Assembly (NCBI GenBank): GCA_041744215.1
Contig: JBGTLG010000041.1
Span: forward strand, 96,001 to 160,000
DNA from: Fimbriimonadales bacterium
GTDB lineage: Bacteria; Armatimonadota; Fimbriimonadia; Fimbriimonadales; ATM1
Direction of reading: 5' to 3'
Length of the DNA stretch: 64,000 nt
Made by a program: the position numbers and the translations under genes. Positions 43,168 through 53,290 of the stretch are shown here, piece by piece (positions within the stretch are counted from its first letter, which is position 1; every line of letters begins with the position of its first letter). Under the pieces are notes generated by a model. That model was given only the letters and a program-made list of their open reading frames with translations. It was not told the origin of the DNA and searched no databases.

Positions 43168-44118
43168 CTACTCGACTGGAATCTTGCTCGCGTTTTTGGT
43201 GACCCATTCCTCAAAGGACTGCAACTCAGGATTGAGCGATTTCGAGATCGCCAAGTCACGAGAAGCGATGTACATGTCGCTAAAATCGCGCTTGAATTGG
43301 AACATGTTGCCCAAATCGTCGGCCCCCGGAAACCCAAATGAACGATAATCATCCGGAGTAACTGCCGTGTACTGAACTTCCTTGCCGAGCGCCTTGGTCA
43401 TCCCAGCTGCCATCTCGTCCCCGGAGACGTGATCACCTGCGATCCCAACGGTCTTGCCGACCATGTCAAGCCCGCGCTGAAAGATCCCGTACGCGCATTT
43501 GCCGATGTCCTCTGCGGCAATTCCAGGAAGTTTTTTGTCATCCATCGGTAGCGCAAATGCAAGCTTGCCGTCTTCTCCAGCTTTTGGCTGCATACCAAAG
43601 TGAATGAAGTTGTCCCAATAGAAGGACGTGTAAAGGAAAGTAGTTGGGACGCTGAGCGACTTAAAAACCTCGTTAGCTTCGCCCTTCGCGTCGAAGTGCG
43701 GCACCTTGTACTTCTCCATCAGCGTCGGCATGCGATTATCGTCGAGCGAAACCCACTCCCTTGTATCTTCGAGAGTTGACCAAACGACGTGCTCCACCCC
43801 CGCGTCCTTCGCAGCCTGAGCGATGTTCTTCGCCTGTTGGTATTCCCTTTCGGGCGAGAAGTGCTCCCAAAAGTTCGTAACCGCGTACACCCCGTAAGCA
43901 CCTGCGAACGCGCGCTTGAGTGAATCAACGTCGTCGAGATCCGCAGAGACAACTTCCGCTCCAGCGTCACTCAACGCCTTGCCTTTCTCGGAATCCGGCT
44001 TTCGCGTGATCGCGCGAACCGAGAACTCTGAATCCTTATCGTTGAGGATGGCCCACGCCAATCCACCACCTTGCGCCCCGGTCGCGCCGATAACAGCAAT
44101 GATCTTCCTTTCTGACAT
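43168..44118 (-). CDS. NmrA/HSCARG family NAD(P)-binding protein
   Basis: GATGAQGG, VRAITR, TNFWE, VPHFDAK. Confidence 0.92.
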   Translation of the reverse strand: MSERKIIAVIGATGAQGGGLAWAILNDKDSEFSVRAITRKPDSEKGKALSDAGAEVVSADLDDVDSLKRAFAGAYGVYAVTNFWEHFSPEREYQQAKNIAQAAKDAGVEHVVWSTLEDTREWVSLDDNRMPTLMEKYKVPHFDAKGEANEVFKSLSVPTTFLYTSFYWDNFIHFGMQPKAGEDGKLAFALPMDDKKLPGIAAEDIGKCAYGIFQRGLDMVGKTVGIAGDHVSGDEMAAGMTKALGKEVQYTAVTPDDYRSFGFPGADDLGNMFQFKRDFSDMYIASRDLAISKSLNPELQSFEEWVTKNASKIPVE

Positions 44119-44200
44119 TAGAACAGTTCACCTCATTAAAGTAGTGAAACAATACCATCAGAGGTAATCCGGATGCAACGGGTTAAGGGTGAAGAATCTT

Positions 44201-44276
44201 TGGTGGAGATAACGGGATTCGAACCCGTGACCTCTTCAATGCCATTGAAGCGCTCTCCCAGCTGAGCTATATCCCC
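44201..44276 (-). tRNA. tRNA-Ala (anticodon GGC)
   Basis: GGGGATATAGCTCAGCTGGGAGAGCGCTTCAATGGCATTGAAGAGGTCACGGGTTCGAATCCCGTTATCTCCACCA; cloverleaf, G3:U70, encoded CCA. Confidence 0.98.
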
Positions 44277-44301
44277 ACGTCGAGGTTGCAAAGTATACCA
44301 G

Positions 44302-46869
44302 TCAGGCTGCCCGCAGCCGCTCATAATCCGTGAGTGCGGCGTCGAGTTCCTCGCGGCGAACCGGCTTCGAAAGATAGTCGTCCATGCCCGCGGTTAAACA
44401 CAGCTCTCTGTCGCCTTCCATAGCGTTTGCAGTCATCGCGATGATGTACGTTCGCCTCCATCCTTCTGCTTCGCGAGCGCGAATTGCGCGAGTAGCGTCG
44501 TACCCGTCCATCACGGGCATCTGCACATCCATGAGTACGACATCGTAATGCACGTCGCGAGTCGCGACGACCGCATTCGCGCCATCAAGCGCGACGTCGA
44601 CAGCACACCCCAACGTCTCCAACATCTTCTTCGCTACCCTTTGATTCACCGGGTTATCTTCAACCACCAGAACACGGAGTCTCGCAGGTTGATCACTCTC
44701 TGCCTGGCTTAATGGAACACTGACTTCAACGAACTTCTCCTCTGTAAGCGCACCGGTGATTCCGCGCAGCAACTGAGCCTTTCGAATTGGCTTTGAGAGC
44801 CATCCCGAGATTCCGAACTCAGGCCATTGCGCTCTTGGCACGGCATCCGACACTGACGCGACCATGATCGTCGTCGGACCGCCGCCCGGCGTCTCTTTGT
44901 GCAGCGAGCGTGCGACATCAAGACCGTCCATACCAGGCATATGATAGTCGAGCAGAACGACGTCGTAACGAGTGTTCTCCACCCGCCGAATCGCCTCCAC
45001 TCCGCTCTCGGCTTCATAAACATTGCAGCCCCACCCCTCCAGATATGCCCGCAGAATCCTCCTGTTCGTATGATTGTCATCGACCACCAAGACACGCTTA
45101 TCTCGAAGCCCCGCCTGTGCTACTGCAGGCGCAATTGCACAAGCTGACACTTGCATCGGCACAACCACAACAAATCTGCTTCCCTCTCCTTCCGTGCTTG
45201 TGACTGATATCGTCCCGCCCATTAGTTCACAAAGCTTCCGGCAGATCGATAGTCCTAAACCTGAGCCTCCATAACGACGAGTAGTCGAGCTGTCAACTTG
45301 GGTGAAGCTATCGAAGATGCTGTCAATGCGGCTCGCAGGAATACCTATTCCAGTGTCGCTCACTTCAAGCGTAACGTAAGCACTTCCCTCAGTCGAAAAC
45401 TTCGAACTCACTTTGACGACGACCTCACCCACTTCAGTGAACTTTATCGCATTCCCGACAAGATTCGTAACCACTTGCCGAAGCCTAACCGGGTCACCTA
45501 ACAGCGACGGAGGTAAGTCCCCATCTATATGGGTTAGCAGCTCGATGCCCTTTCGCTGTGATGCGGATGCCAGCATGCTGGCCACGCCTTCCACCAATTC
45601 GCCGACGTCGACTGAGATTGACTCAATTGCCAACTTGCCTGCTTCAATTTTCGAGAAGTCGAGGATGTCGTCAATGATTGAGACTAAGGTCTCCGCGCTC
45701 GATCTGACAGTCTGGAGCATCTCGTGTTGCTCAGGCTCCAGGTCGGTATCTGACAGCAATTCCACCATCCCGATCACTCCATTCATCGGAGTTCGTATCT
45801 CGTGACTCATGTTTGCGAGGAACTCACTTTTCGCCCGCGACGACTCGTAAGCAGCGTCATGCGCGACCTTGAGCTCCCGATCTATCTGAATTGAGTGAAT
45901 AAGCGACCGCGCGATAGATCCAAATTCAGAAGCGTCTTTCGCCAAGGGTTCAAGGGGAGCTTCGTCTCGGTTCGCAAGACTCTCAGAGAGACGCGCTAAC
46001 GGTCCGTCAATCCACTTACGATGCGAAACGAACAGTGCCAAGATAACGATAAGCGTAAACAAGAACAGCATGGCTGTTGCAGCGGTCTGAACCGAGCGAG
46101 CGAAATCAATCGCTGGCGTTTCGCGGGTGACTTCGAGCGCTGCAATCGGTCTCCGGTCGTAGCCCCTCAGCACGATGATTAGGTGCGATGCTTCGATCTC
46201 ATCCTTTTCATGATCTACAGCCGCCGGCACCAGCCTAACGAAACTGTTCGTGGACTCGCCTAGCTCCCTTAACTCATTGGGGGACAAAAGCCTGCAAATG
46301 AACAAGTACCCTAATGGTACCAGTCGATCTTGATCTGCCTCCGAGTTTACAGTCGATGCGACGACCTCTACGACATCGTCGTTCATTCGATGGAAGAACC
46401 GCACGCTCGTCCTGTTCGAGAATAGGTTCGCAATCTGAGCCGGAGATAAGTCAATCCAAGAATCTCCGCGCCGCCCCTCTGTGTCAGCGGAATAGACCAT
46501 TGACCCGTCGAGCTGGTAGGCGGCCACCCAGCTTCCCTCGAACGTCTCGAGCGCCAAGTCGAGGTTCGATTGAGCCCACTCGGGATCTTGGTGAACAAGG
46601 AAGTCAACTGTCTCATCCCAGGAGGAGTAGTCCGTCGCGAAGCTGACGAGCCCTGCCGATCGGAGCTCCATCACGCTCTTCAGGGAGTCGCGGCGATCAC
46701 GAAGCTGGACGTCTGAGATCGCCTTTATCTGCGACTGATTCAACCAATGAACCGACCCAACAAACAGCGCGAAGAGGACCGTAATCACGGCCAAAATCGC
46801 AAGAAATCGCTTGCGCGTTCTCCCCATCCGTGGACTCGACACCATGCTTCGCTGCTTCTCGCCGGACAC
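44302..46869 (-). CDS. CHASE4 membrane hybrid histidine kinase with two receiver domains
   Basis: TM-CHASE4 (DYSSWDET)-[23 protein letters not shown], two REC (VLVVDDN; VLVVEDN..MDVQMP). Confidence 0.93.
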   Translation of the reverse strand: MSGEKQRSMVSSPRMGRTRKRFLAILAVITVLFALFVGSVHWLNQSQIKAISDVQLRDRRDSLKSVMELRSAGLVSFATDYSSWDETVDFLVHQDPEWAQSNLDLALETFEGSWVAAYQLDGSMVYSADTEGRRGDSWIDLSPAQIANLFSNRTSVRFFHRMNDDVVEVVASTVNSEADQDRLVPLGYLFICRLLSPNELRELGESTNSFVRLVPAAVDHEKDEIEASHLIIVLRGYDRRPIAALEVTRETPAIDFARSVQTAATAMLFLFTLIVILALFVSHRKWIDGPLARLSESLANRDEAPLEPLAKDASEFGSIARSLIHSIQIDRELKVAHDAAYESSRAKSEFLANMSHEIRTPMNGVIGMVELLSDTDLEPEQHEMLQTVRSSAETLVSIIDDILDFSKIEAGKLAIESISVDVGELVEGVASMLASASQRKGIELLTHIDGDLPPSLLGDPVRLRQVVTNLVGNAIKFTEVGEVVVKVSSKFSTEGSAYVTLEVSDTGIGIPASRIDSIFDSFTQVDSSTTRRYGGSGLGLSICRKLCELMGGTISVTSTEGEGSRFVVVVPMQVSACAIAPAVAQAGLRDKRVLVVDDNHTNRRILRAYLEGWGCNVYEAESGVEAIRRVENTRYDVVLLDYHMPGMDGLDVARSLHKETPGGGPTTIMVASVSDAVPRAQWPEFGISGWLSKPIRKAQLLRGITGALTEEKFVEVSVPLSQAESDQPARLRVLVVEDNPVNQRVAKKMLETLGCAVDVALDGANAVVATRDVHYDVVLMDVQMPVMDGYDATRAIRAREAEGWRRTYIIAMTANAMEGDRELCLTAGMDDYLSKPVRREELDAALTDYERLRAA

Positions 46870-46967
46870 CTCGCCCGGGACCTACAAAGTTTATTGTCGG
46901 TTCCAGCCCCGCCTGCCACAACCCGCCTGCAACCGGGGCACCCGCTTGGGCGTAAACTCGGAACCTA

Positions 46968-47423
46968 ATGTCTACGACAGCCAGATACCGCCCGGCAGAC
47001 GTCCTAAGATGGCTAGAAATGGGGAGCCAAACTGTCCGCCAAACTCCACTGAAGCCGGCTGGCCCAGACGTCACGAAGGCGATCTTTGAAATCGTGGGCA
47101 AGGTCGTCCGCGAGGGCAAAGGAGCTATCGCGGGGATCGCTGGGAAGCAGTTGGAAGGACTTGAGTTTGTTCTCGAAGATTTGGCACTTGTAGCGGGAAA
47201 CCGGAGGATTCCTTATTCCGAAATCCGTTCCGTAGAACACGAGAAGGGAACTATCTTTCATATTCATGCCACCGGTTCGCCACTGACGATCAAGCCTTAC
47301 GCATGGCTCGAAGTCGCAGGACACCGAGTCCCGATTGGGTGGTTGCGCGACGGGATGGAGGTTCCGTTCGAGTTGCTAGCGGAAGAGATTGCGGCGCGCG
47401 CCGGTTTGGAAATCAAGCGCTAA
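46968..47423 (+). CDS. Hypothetical protein (possible PH-like domain)
   Basis: 151-aa ORF filling the gap, -10-like TAAACT just upstream. Confidence 0.65.
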   Translation: MSTTARYRPADVLRWLEMGSQTVRQTPLKPAGPDVTKAIFEIVGKVVREGKGAIAGIAGKQLEGLEFVLEDLALVAGNRRIPYSEIRSVEHEKGTIFHIHATGSPLTIKPYAWLEVAGHRVPIGWLRDGMEVPFELLAEEIAARAGLEIKR

Positions 47424-48246
47424 CGCGCGCTTCGTTTTCAATCGTGCTTCCCTTGAAGACTCTTCGCGCACGCGCGCTGACGACGATCGAGCCGTGTAAG
47501 CCCTTTGCGACTGCTGTTTCACCGCCGGGATTTTTGACTTCGACCGCGAGCGCATTGGGATGCTTGCGAAACCAACAAGCAGCAACAGCCGCGCTGCCAG
47601 TACCACATCCGTGAGTCTCCCCTACACCGCGTTCCCAAATCCGAATCGCGAGCGACTTCGCCCCAGTCTGCCAAGCCCAAATCACCGAAGTTCGCTTGGG
47701 AAACCACTCATGGTTCTCTAACGCCGGGCTAACAACTAGAAACTCATCCTCAGGCACGTCGGAATCTCTAAAGATAACGGTGTGCGTGCTACCTGTATTG
47801 ACCGAGCACAGGGTCTCATCAAAGCCAGCAACAAGCAACTTTCGCTCAAACACTTCGCCGACTCCGGCGGAGAGCGGAATCCCCTCAGGCTCGAACGTAG
47901 GCGGAGGCAGAGTTACGTCGATCCAATCAGATGCCGTGAACTCGATGGGAATCGTCATCCCTCCATGGAGCAATTGCAAGCGCTCTTTTGATTGGTGCTC
48001 GGTCTTCATATGAAGTGCCGCACACCGTAGACCATTGCCACAGAAATCCTCCGTCCCGTCGGGGTTGAACATTCTCATCGTGATTGGGTCTGTCGTCGGA
48101 TCTACGACCAGCAAGCCATCGCTCCCAATGCCAAACTTTCTGTCACATAGCGAAATCGCCACATGAGACAGATCGCTCCCTCCAGCGTCGGTCGCCTCGA
48201 TCAGAACAAAGTCGTTGCCTATACTCTCGTATTTGAAGAATGTCAC
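47413..48246 (-). CDS. dapF: Diaminopimelate epimerase
   Basis: KYESIGNDF, GIGSDG, NPDGTEDFCGNG.RC, WERGVGET.GCGTG. Confidence 0.93.
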   Translation of the reverse strand: MTFFKYESIGNDFVLIEATDAGGSDLSHVAISLCDRKFGIGSDGLLVVDPTTDPITMRMFNPDGTEDFCGNGLRCAALHMKTEHQSKERLQLLHGGMTIPIEFTASDWIDVTLPPPTFEPEGIPLSAGVGEVFERKLLVAGFDETLCSVNTGSTHTVIFRDSDVPEDEFLVVSPALENHEWFPKRTSVIWAWQTGAKSLAIRIWERGVGETHGCGTGSAAVAACWFRKHPNALAVEVKNPGGETAVAKGLHGSIVVSARARRVFKGSTIENEARVSA

Positions 48247-50207
48247 CCTTCGTCACCTATCAGCGGTTCCAGTCGCAACCGCACCGTCTTCAGCATCTGA
48301 GCAAACCAGTCGCCGCTGGGCGACACAGCGGATATCCACCACGCCGCCGGACGATTGTTTGCGTGCTCTAAGCCTCTGGTCGAAACTACAGCTTCGCGCA
48401 CAAGCATCACCGTCGCATATTCCGACTCTCGAATGATTTCGCGTCGTCGGTGCCGTGCGGCAGCAAATTCATCAATCGCTCCTGCGGAAGCCGCAGCCTT
48501 TCGAAGCTCATGCAAATGTTCGCGCACCTCGCGCCGTTCGGAGCGCAGAGATGAAATCGTGTCAATGAACTCTTGCCGTGTGGATAGACTCTCTGCCGAC
48601 GCCTCTCTGCCGAACATCTCCGATGTAAAATGATCACCCATCGCGCGCTCAGTCTCGATCCAGCGAACCTTGATCTCCTTCAGCCGCGAGTGGAGCTGCG
48701 CCTTTTCCTCGCGGATCGCCTCCATCCTTTGCTTCAGAGGCTTAAGCGCATCGCCGAGCGACTCAAACTCTCGGGCGAGACACTCCCACCTGCCACCGCG
48801 AATCTTGTATAGAGCCTGAATGCGCCCCGCTGGACTCCGAGACTTGTGCAGCAACTCCAAGATCGCCTTCTGTTGATGTACGACCTCTCGCCACGATTTT
48901 GAAAACGTTTCCGCGCTCACGTGCTCAGCTCCGAACGGATTTTGAAATGGATGCGAGATGTGAAACCATCGATCAGTTGCAGAAAGCGAATTCCATGTGT
49001 CCCAACCAATCCGAAGGATAGGATTGGCTCTGACAGATATCCCCATCCGCGCCAAAAGGTTGTTCAGCTTGCGCGTTATGCGGACGTACATGGACGCGCC
49101 TTCATGGAATGCGAACACAAACTCGCGGGACAGCTGACTGATCAGCGTAACCGCCTTGCCCACAACCGCAGCACCAGGAAAATTCCTCTCGACAACATCC
49201 GCGAGGTCGAGTACTGACGTTATCCGCTGCTTCAAAGGAACAAACTGGGGCTCGGCGGTCATCACAATCAGCATCTGGTTCGTCAATCGAATGGTCCCGC
49301 GCCCTGATCCAGGGATCACCAAATCAAAGGGAATTGCTCCTGTTCCGAATCGGTCGAGCGAATAAACTTCTTCCCCTTCGACAGCTTTGTTGTACGCTTC
49401 GCATGCTTTCTGCGCCGTTTCTGGCTGTAGAAACAGGTTTACAAACTCAAATCTCGGGAGTGACGCAGACTCGCGATTGAGTTGCAGGAGCAGAGTTGTC
49501 TGTGTCAACTCGGCGGTGGACGTTTCAGACGTGAGCAATCGGTGGAATTCGGGTAGCAGACATTTGTAGAATCCTCCAAGCGTCTGCCCACTACAGAGCT
49601 CAACTGCATCACACATCATCGCGTGAATGCGTTCGCCGATGACCATTGCTTCTTCGCGCTGCTTGGGTTCGCACATCGCATCAACGGTTTGACTAAGTGC
49701 CCACTCAAACGTTCTCTGAATCGCCGGGAACAGAGCGTTCAGCGACAGTTCTCCTGCAACCCGTGGCGTTGCATCACTGCTTGCCAGTCCGCGCCAGCCA
49801 AAGGCCTCGGTCGCTTCGTCGAGCTTTGCGGAGTCGCCATCGGCCCACCTCTCAAGAGAAACCCCCGCGCGCGCGAACTGCTCCCGAGTGACCGCGACCT
49901 CGCCGCCAAACAGCGCGCTAAACTCACCAGCCGCCGACCAAAAACCTTTCGTAGAGCCCTCGTTCTTTGGAAGCGCAACGTAGGGATCTTTGGCAATCAA
50001 GCCACCCGGCAACTTCGCAAAGTAGTCGGTGTCATGCACACCGGCAATGAGAGACACGCTCACACCAACTTCGCGGCCAAGAATTGGCAAGGCAGCCTTT
50101 AGCGGCTCATCCCAAAACACCGTCTGCCCAAGCGCAAGTAGCGGCGCCCCAGGCGCGACTTCATGCAGCTGAAGCAGCGTTTCACGAACAGAAGGATGCG
50201 GTGTCAA
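48243..50207 (-). CDS. Hypothetical protein with C-terminal coiled coil, possibly BshC-like
   Basis: 654-aa ORF; LGQT, HDTDYF, FHEGASMY motifs then long helical segment; 4-bp overlap with dapF. Confidence 0.7.
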   Translation of the reverse strand: MTPHPSVRETLLQLHEVAPGAPLLALGQTVFWDEPLKAALPILGREVGVSVSLIAGVHDTDYFAKLPGGLIAKDPYVALPKNEGSTKGFWSAAGEFSALFGGEVAVTREQFARAGVSLERWADGDSAKLDEATEAFGWRGLASSDATPRVAGELSLNALFPAIQRTFEWALSQTVDAMCEPKQREEAMVIGERIHAMMCDAVELCSGQTLGGFYKCLLPEFHRLLTSETSTAELTQTTLLLQLNRESASLPRFEFVNLFLQPETAQKACEAYNKAVEGEEVYSLDRFGTGAIPFDLVIPGSGRGTIRLTNQMLIVMTAEPQFVPLKQRITSVLDLADVVERNFPGAAVVGKAVTLISQLSREFVFAFHEGASMYVRITRKLNNLLARMGISVRANPILRIGWDTWNSLSATDRWFHISHPFQNPFGAEHVSAETFSKSWREVVHQQKAILELLHKSRSPAGRIQALYKIRGGRWECLAREFESLGDALKPLKQRMEAIREEKAQLHSRLKEIKVRWIETERAMGDHFTSEMFGREASAESLSTRQEFIDTISSLRSERREVREHLHELRKAAASAGAIDEFAAARHRRREIIRESEYATVMLVREAVVSTRGLEHANNRPAAWWISAVSPSGDWFAQMLKTVRLRLEPLIGDEG

Positions 50208-50246
50208 TGGACGTATTCTACGCGACGGCGGTCAGTCGGGTTCTTC

Positions 50247-51125
50247 TCAAAACAGGAAACCAGGCGCGGGAACGTCGATGGCCGCAACGATCTCCCTCGG
50301 GTCGCGCACGGCGACCGTGCCTTTGCGGATCAACTCGCGATTGCCCTCCGGTACGTCCTCGCCGTCCCGGACGATCAGCTGACAATACCGATGCTTGAGC
50401 GCTTCTTCTGCCCCAGCCCAAGTGCCACCGCTACCGAAGGCCGAGGAAACAACAAGTGTCGCCACAGAATGGCCATAAATCAGCTTGTTGCGATTCATCG
50501 CGCTTCCGACGCTGAATCCTGCGAAAGGTGACACCGCGCACGCCATACACACTCGCCCACTCTCGAGCGCATCTCTCGATGCTCCCACAGCCTTGCCAAG
50601 TGAATCTGCAAGAAAGGCGATCGATTCGCCATCCGATTCGAGTGCTGCGCGCATTGACAACTGGTCGACGCCTCTTGCACCGCCGGAAACCACGACATAG
50701 CCTTGCTCGACAACAACTCGCGCCGCGGCAGTTGCAAACTCTGCGCCCGATTCATCCACACCCCGGGACCCTACAATTCCAAATGAACGCGAATTGAGCA
50801 GCGAGAGGTTGCCAGCAGCAAACAACAACGGGGGACGTCGTGCGCCCAGAGTCTCGATCCAGCGTTGCGGATAGTCGTCATCAAACTCGGAAATCACGCA
50901 AATGTCGTTCTTTGATAGCTCCGCAAGCGCGGCATCGATTGGGTCGATACGCGAAAGCAGTTGAGCGACCCTCTCAGCATCGACTTCGCTCAGGTGCTTC
51001 TGGGACCATTCGACAACATCCCCTGTCGAGTTGCGCAGCTCTTTCCAAAGAGCTGAGCCGACAGGCTCAGCATCATCGAGCAAAAAGCTCGTTAGAGCAA
51101 CGACTTCGTTAGTTTGCATAGGCAT
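50247..51125 (-). CDS. DprA/Smf-like Rossmann-fold protein (RqlI-like)
   Basis: D.DYP, PP.LF..GN, GIVGSR, VSGGARGVD, AMNRNKLIY, GGTW.GA. Confidence 0.88.
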   Translation of the reverse strand: MPMQTNEVVALTSFLLDDAEPVGSALWKELRNSTGDVVEWSQKHLSEVDAERVAQLLSRIDPIDAALAELSKNDICVISEFDDDYPQRWIETLGARRPPLLFAAGNLSLLNSRSFGIVGSRGVDESGAEFATAAARVVVEQGYVVVSGGARGVDQLSMRAALESDGESIAFLADSLGKAVGASRDALESGRVCMACAVSPFAGFSVGSAMNRNKLIYGHSVATLVVSSAFGSGGTWAGAEEALKHRYCQLIVRDGEDVPEGNRELIRKGTVAVRDPREIVAAIDVPAPGFLF

Positions 51126-51131
51126 TGTAGT

Positions 51132-53189
51132 TTATCTGTTCGCATCGCGCGAACGCGCAGAGGCGAGCGCGAACGGAACCACTCCCCTCGCGCCAGCATC
51201 ACGAAGCTTGATACCAATCGCCGTCAGTGTCCAGCCGGAATCCACAATATCATCGACAAGGAGGCAAACGCCCTCCGGAATCTGCTCTGCAATCTCGAAC
51301 GCGCCCCACACGTTAGAAAACTGATTGAGCGAAGTCTGCATGTCTTTCTGGGGTCGGGTCTGCGCCACCTTCCGCACAGCATCAAAAAAAGGAATACCGA
51401 GCTCATCCGCGAGCCGGCGCGCAAAGTCTGCCGTCACCCTCGAGTGAGCGGAATCGCTCGAAGGAACATACGTCACCCAGTCCGCAGAATCATCGAGCGC
51501 CTGAATCGCCTCAGTTGAAGGAGCGATCAATTCATCCGAGTAGTGCTTCGCTCCGTATTTGCCCTCTCTGACCAACACACCCCAACCAGCATCGTTGTAA
51601 ACGCAAAGCGCGACGCCAGGAAGAGAGCGTTGGTCATCAGACAGCTGCTTCTTTCCGGGATGACCATTCGGAAGCCTCAGTCGCGGCAAGATTGGATGGT
51701 TATCTGCCTTCAAAAACCGTTGAGCCGAAATTACCAGTTCGCGAGGAAGCGACATCTCGCCATGAGGACTGCAGTTGTCACATCGCCCGCAAGCGACCGG
51801 CAGCGGATCGTCGAGAGCACGCGCAAGAAACTCCATCCTACATCCAGCGTGTTCACCGTACTCTTTCATTTGCTTAAGTTCTTCGTACCGCCGGAGAGTG
51901 ATTGCATGCGAACGCTCCCAATCGTAACACCACTCCGGCTTCACTAACTCCCATCCTCCATCGGCGGGCTGCACCGCTCCCTCCACGTCCATCAAGTCGA
52001 CAGCTTGCTGGATCTTTCGAAATCGAAAGTTGAGGTGAGACGCGATATCTCTGACGCTTCTCGGTCCGCTTTGGAGTTCGCGTTTCACCGATTCGAAAAC
52101 CTGCGCTGCAGGAAACGCCTGCTCGATGAACCACGACGTGATGTCGTCGTCTTCGCCGCCTTCGAGCAGCACGCCAATCGCCGTCTTGAGGTTTCTTCCT
52201 GCTCGACCGACCTGCTGATAATACGAAATCACGGAACCCGGCCGCTGGAAATGCACAACGAAACCGACGTCCGGCTTGTCGTACCCCATCCCGAGCGCGG
52301 TCGTTGCGACGAGCGCTTTGATCTGGTTTTCTTTGAACCCCCGCTCCAAGCGCTCGCGCTCGTCGTTCTCCATGTCCGCGTGATAAGCCTTCGCGGAGAT
52401 ATCCTGTTTCCTCAGCCAGGCGGCAACTCGATTCGCGTCGTTCACGGTAAGCGTGTAAACGATTCCTGTTCCCCGGAATCGCGGAACATACTTCGCAAGC
52501 CATGCCAGCCTCTCCGCTTGGTCGCGCATTGGAAAAACGCTGAGTTTCAGGCTTTCGCGCATCAGCGGGCCTCGGATGACATTCAACTTGTCACCGAGTT
52601 GCGCGCTTACGTCTTCGATAACTCGATCGTTCGCGGTCGCGGTGGTTCCGAGAACCGCGCAACTTGGATCGATGCGCTCCACGGTCGAAAGAATCCGCCG
52701 ATAGTCGGGCCGGAAGTCATGACCCCAATCACTAATGCAATGCGCTTCGTCGATGACGAGCAGCGACATTTTTCTTTCGAGATAAGGCAGTAGCTCCTCG
52801 CGGAAATCCCGATTCTTCAGTCTTTCCGGTGAGACAAGCAGCAGGTCGATCTCATTGTTGCGTGTCGCAGACACGAGGTTCGGCCAATCGTCGGGGTTTG
52901 TGCTGTTGATGCTCGCCGCGTTCAGTCCAAACCGCTCGGCAAGCTCGATCTGATTGCGCATGAGTGCCAGCAGCGGACTCACGATCAGCGTCGGGCCCCG
53001 ATCTCGCAAGAGGCGTGTCGCGACAAAGTAGACAACGCTCTTTCCCCACCCGGTCTTTTGCACGACCAACAGCCGCGCGCCAGACTTTAGCAGCGCTTCG
53101 ATTGCCTCCCACTGCCCGTCTCGGAACTCAGCGTCGGGTCCGACCGCCCCACGCAGAACCTGGGTTCCCCGCTCACGCAACGCCTCCAT
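51132..53189 (-). CDS. RecQ-family helicase with C-terminal phosphoribosyltransferase domain (RqlH-like)
   Basis: FRDGQ, TGWGKS, DEAHCISDWGHDFRPDY, QQVGRAGR, CGRCDNC, PRT motif LLVDDIVDSGWT. Confidence 0.92.
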   Translation of the reverse strand: MEALRERGTQVLRGAVGPDAEFRDGQWEAIEALLKSGARLLVVQKTGWGKSVVYFVATRLLRDRGPTLIVSPLLALMRNQIELAERFGLNAASINSTNPDDWPNLVSATRNNEIDLLLVSPERLKNRDFREELLPYLERKMSLLVIDEAHCISDWGHDFRPDYRRILSTVERIDPSCAVLGTTATANDRVIEDVSAQLGDKLNVIRGPLMRESLKLSVFPMRDQAERLAWLAKYVPRFRGTGIVYTLTVNDANRVAAWLRKQDISAKAYHADMENDERERLERGFKENQIKALVATTALGMGYDKPDVGFVVHFQRPGSVISYYQQVGRAGRNLKTAIGVLLEGGEDDDITSWFIEQAFPAAQVFESVKRELQSGPRSVRDIASHLNFRFRKIQQAVDLMDVEGAVQPADGGWELVKPEWCYDWERSHAITLRRYEELKQMKEYGEHAGCRMEFLARALDDPLPVACGRCDNCSPHGEMSLPRELVISAQRFLKADNHPILPRLRLPNGHPGKKQLSDDQRSLPGVALCVYNDAGWGVLVREGKYGAKHYSDELIAPSTEAIQALDDSADWVTYVPSSDSAHSRVTADFARRLADELGIPFFDAVRKVAQTRPQKDMQTSLNQFSNVWGAFEIAEQIPEGVCLLVDDIVDSGWTLTAIGIKLRDAGARGVVPFALASARSRDANR

Positions 53190-53290
53190 CTTCCCATCAT
53201 TTTGACGCCTTTGTTGGAGCGACCTGCGAACCATTCTGGGAATTCCGTGTCTCGGTAAGACCGGATTCGAATTACAATGTGAGGACTTAC

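Noticed and set aside
44201..44276. tRNA-anchored genomic island
   Set aside because: No integrase and no duplicated tRNA 3' end noticed (search by eye only)
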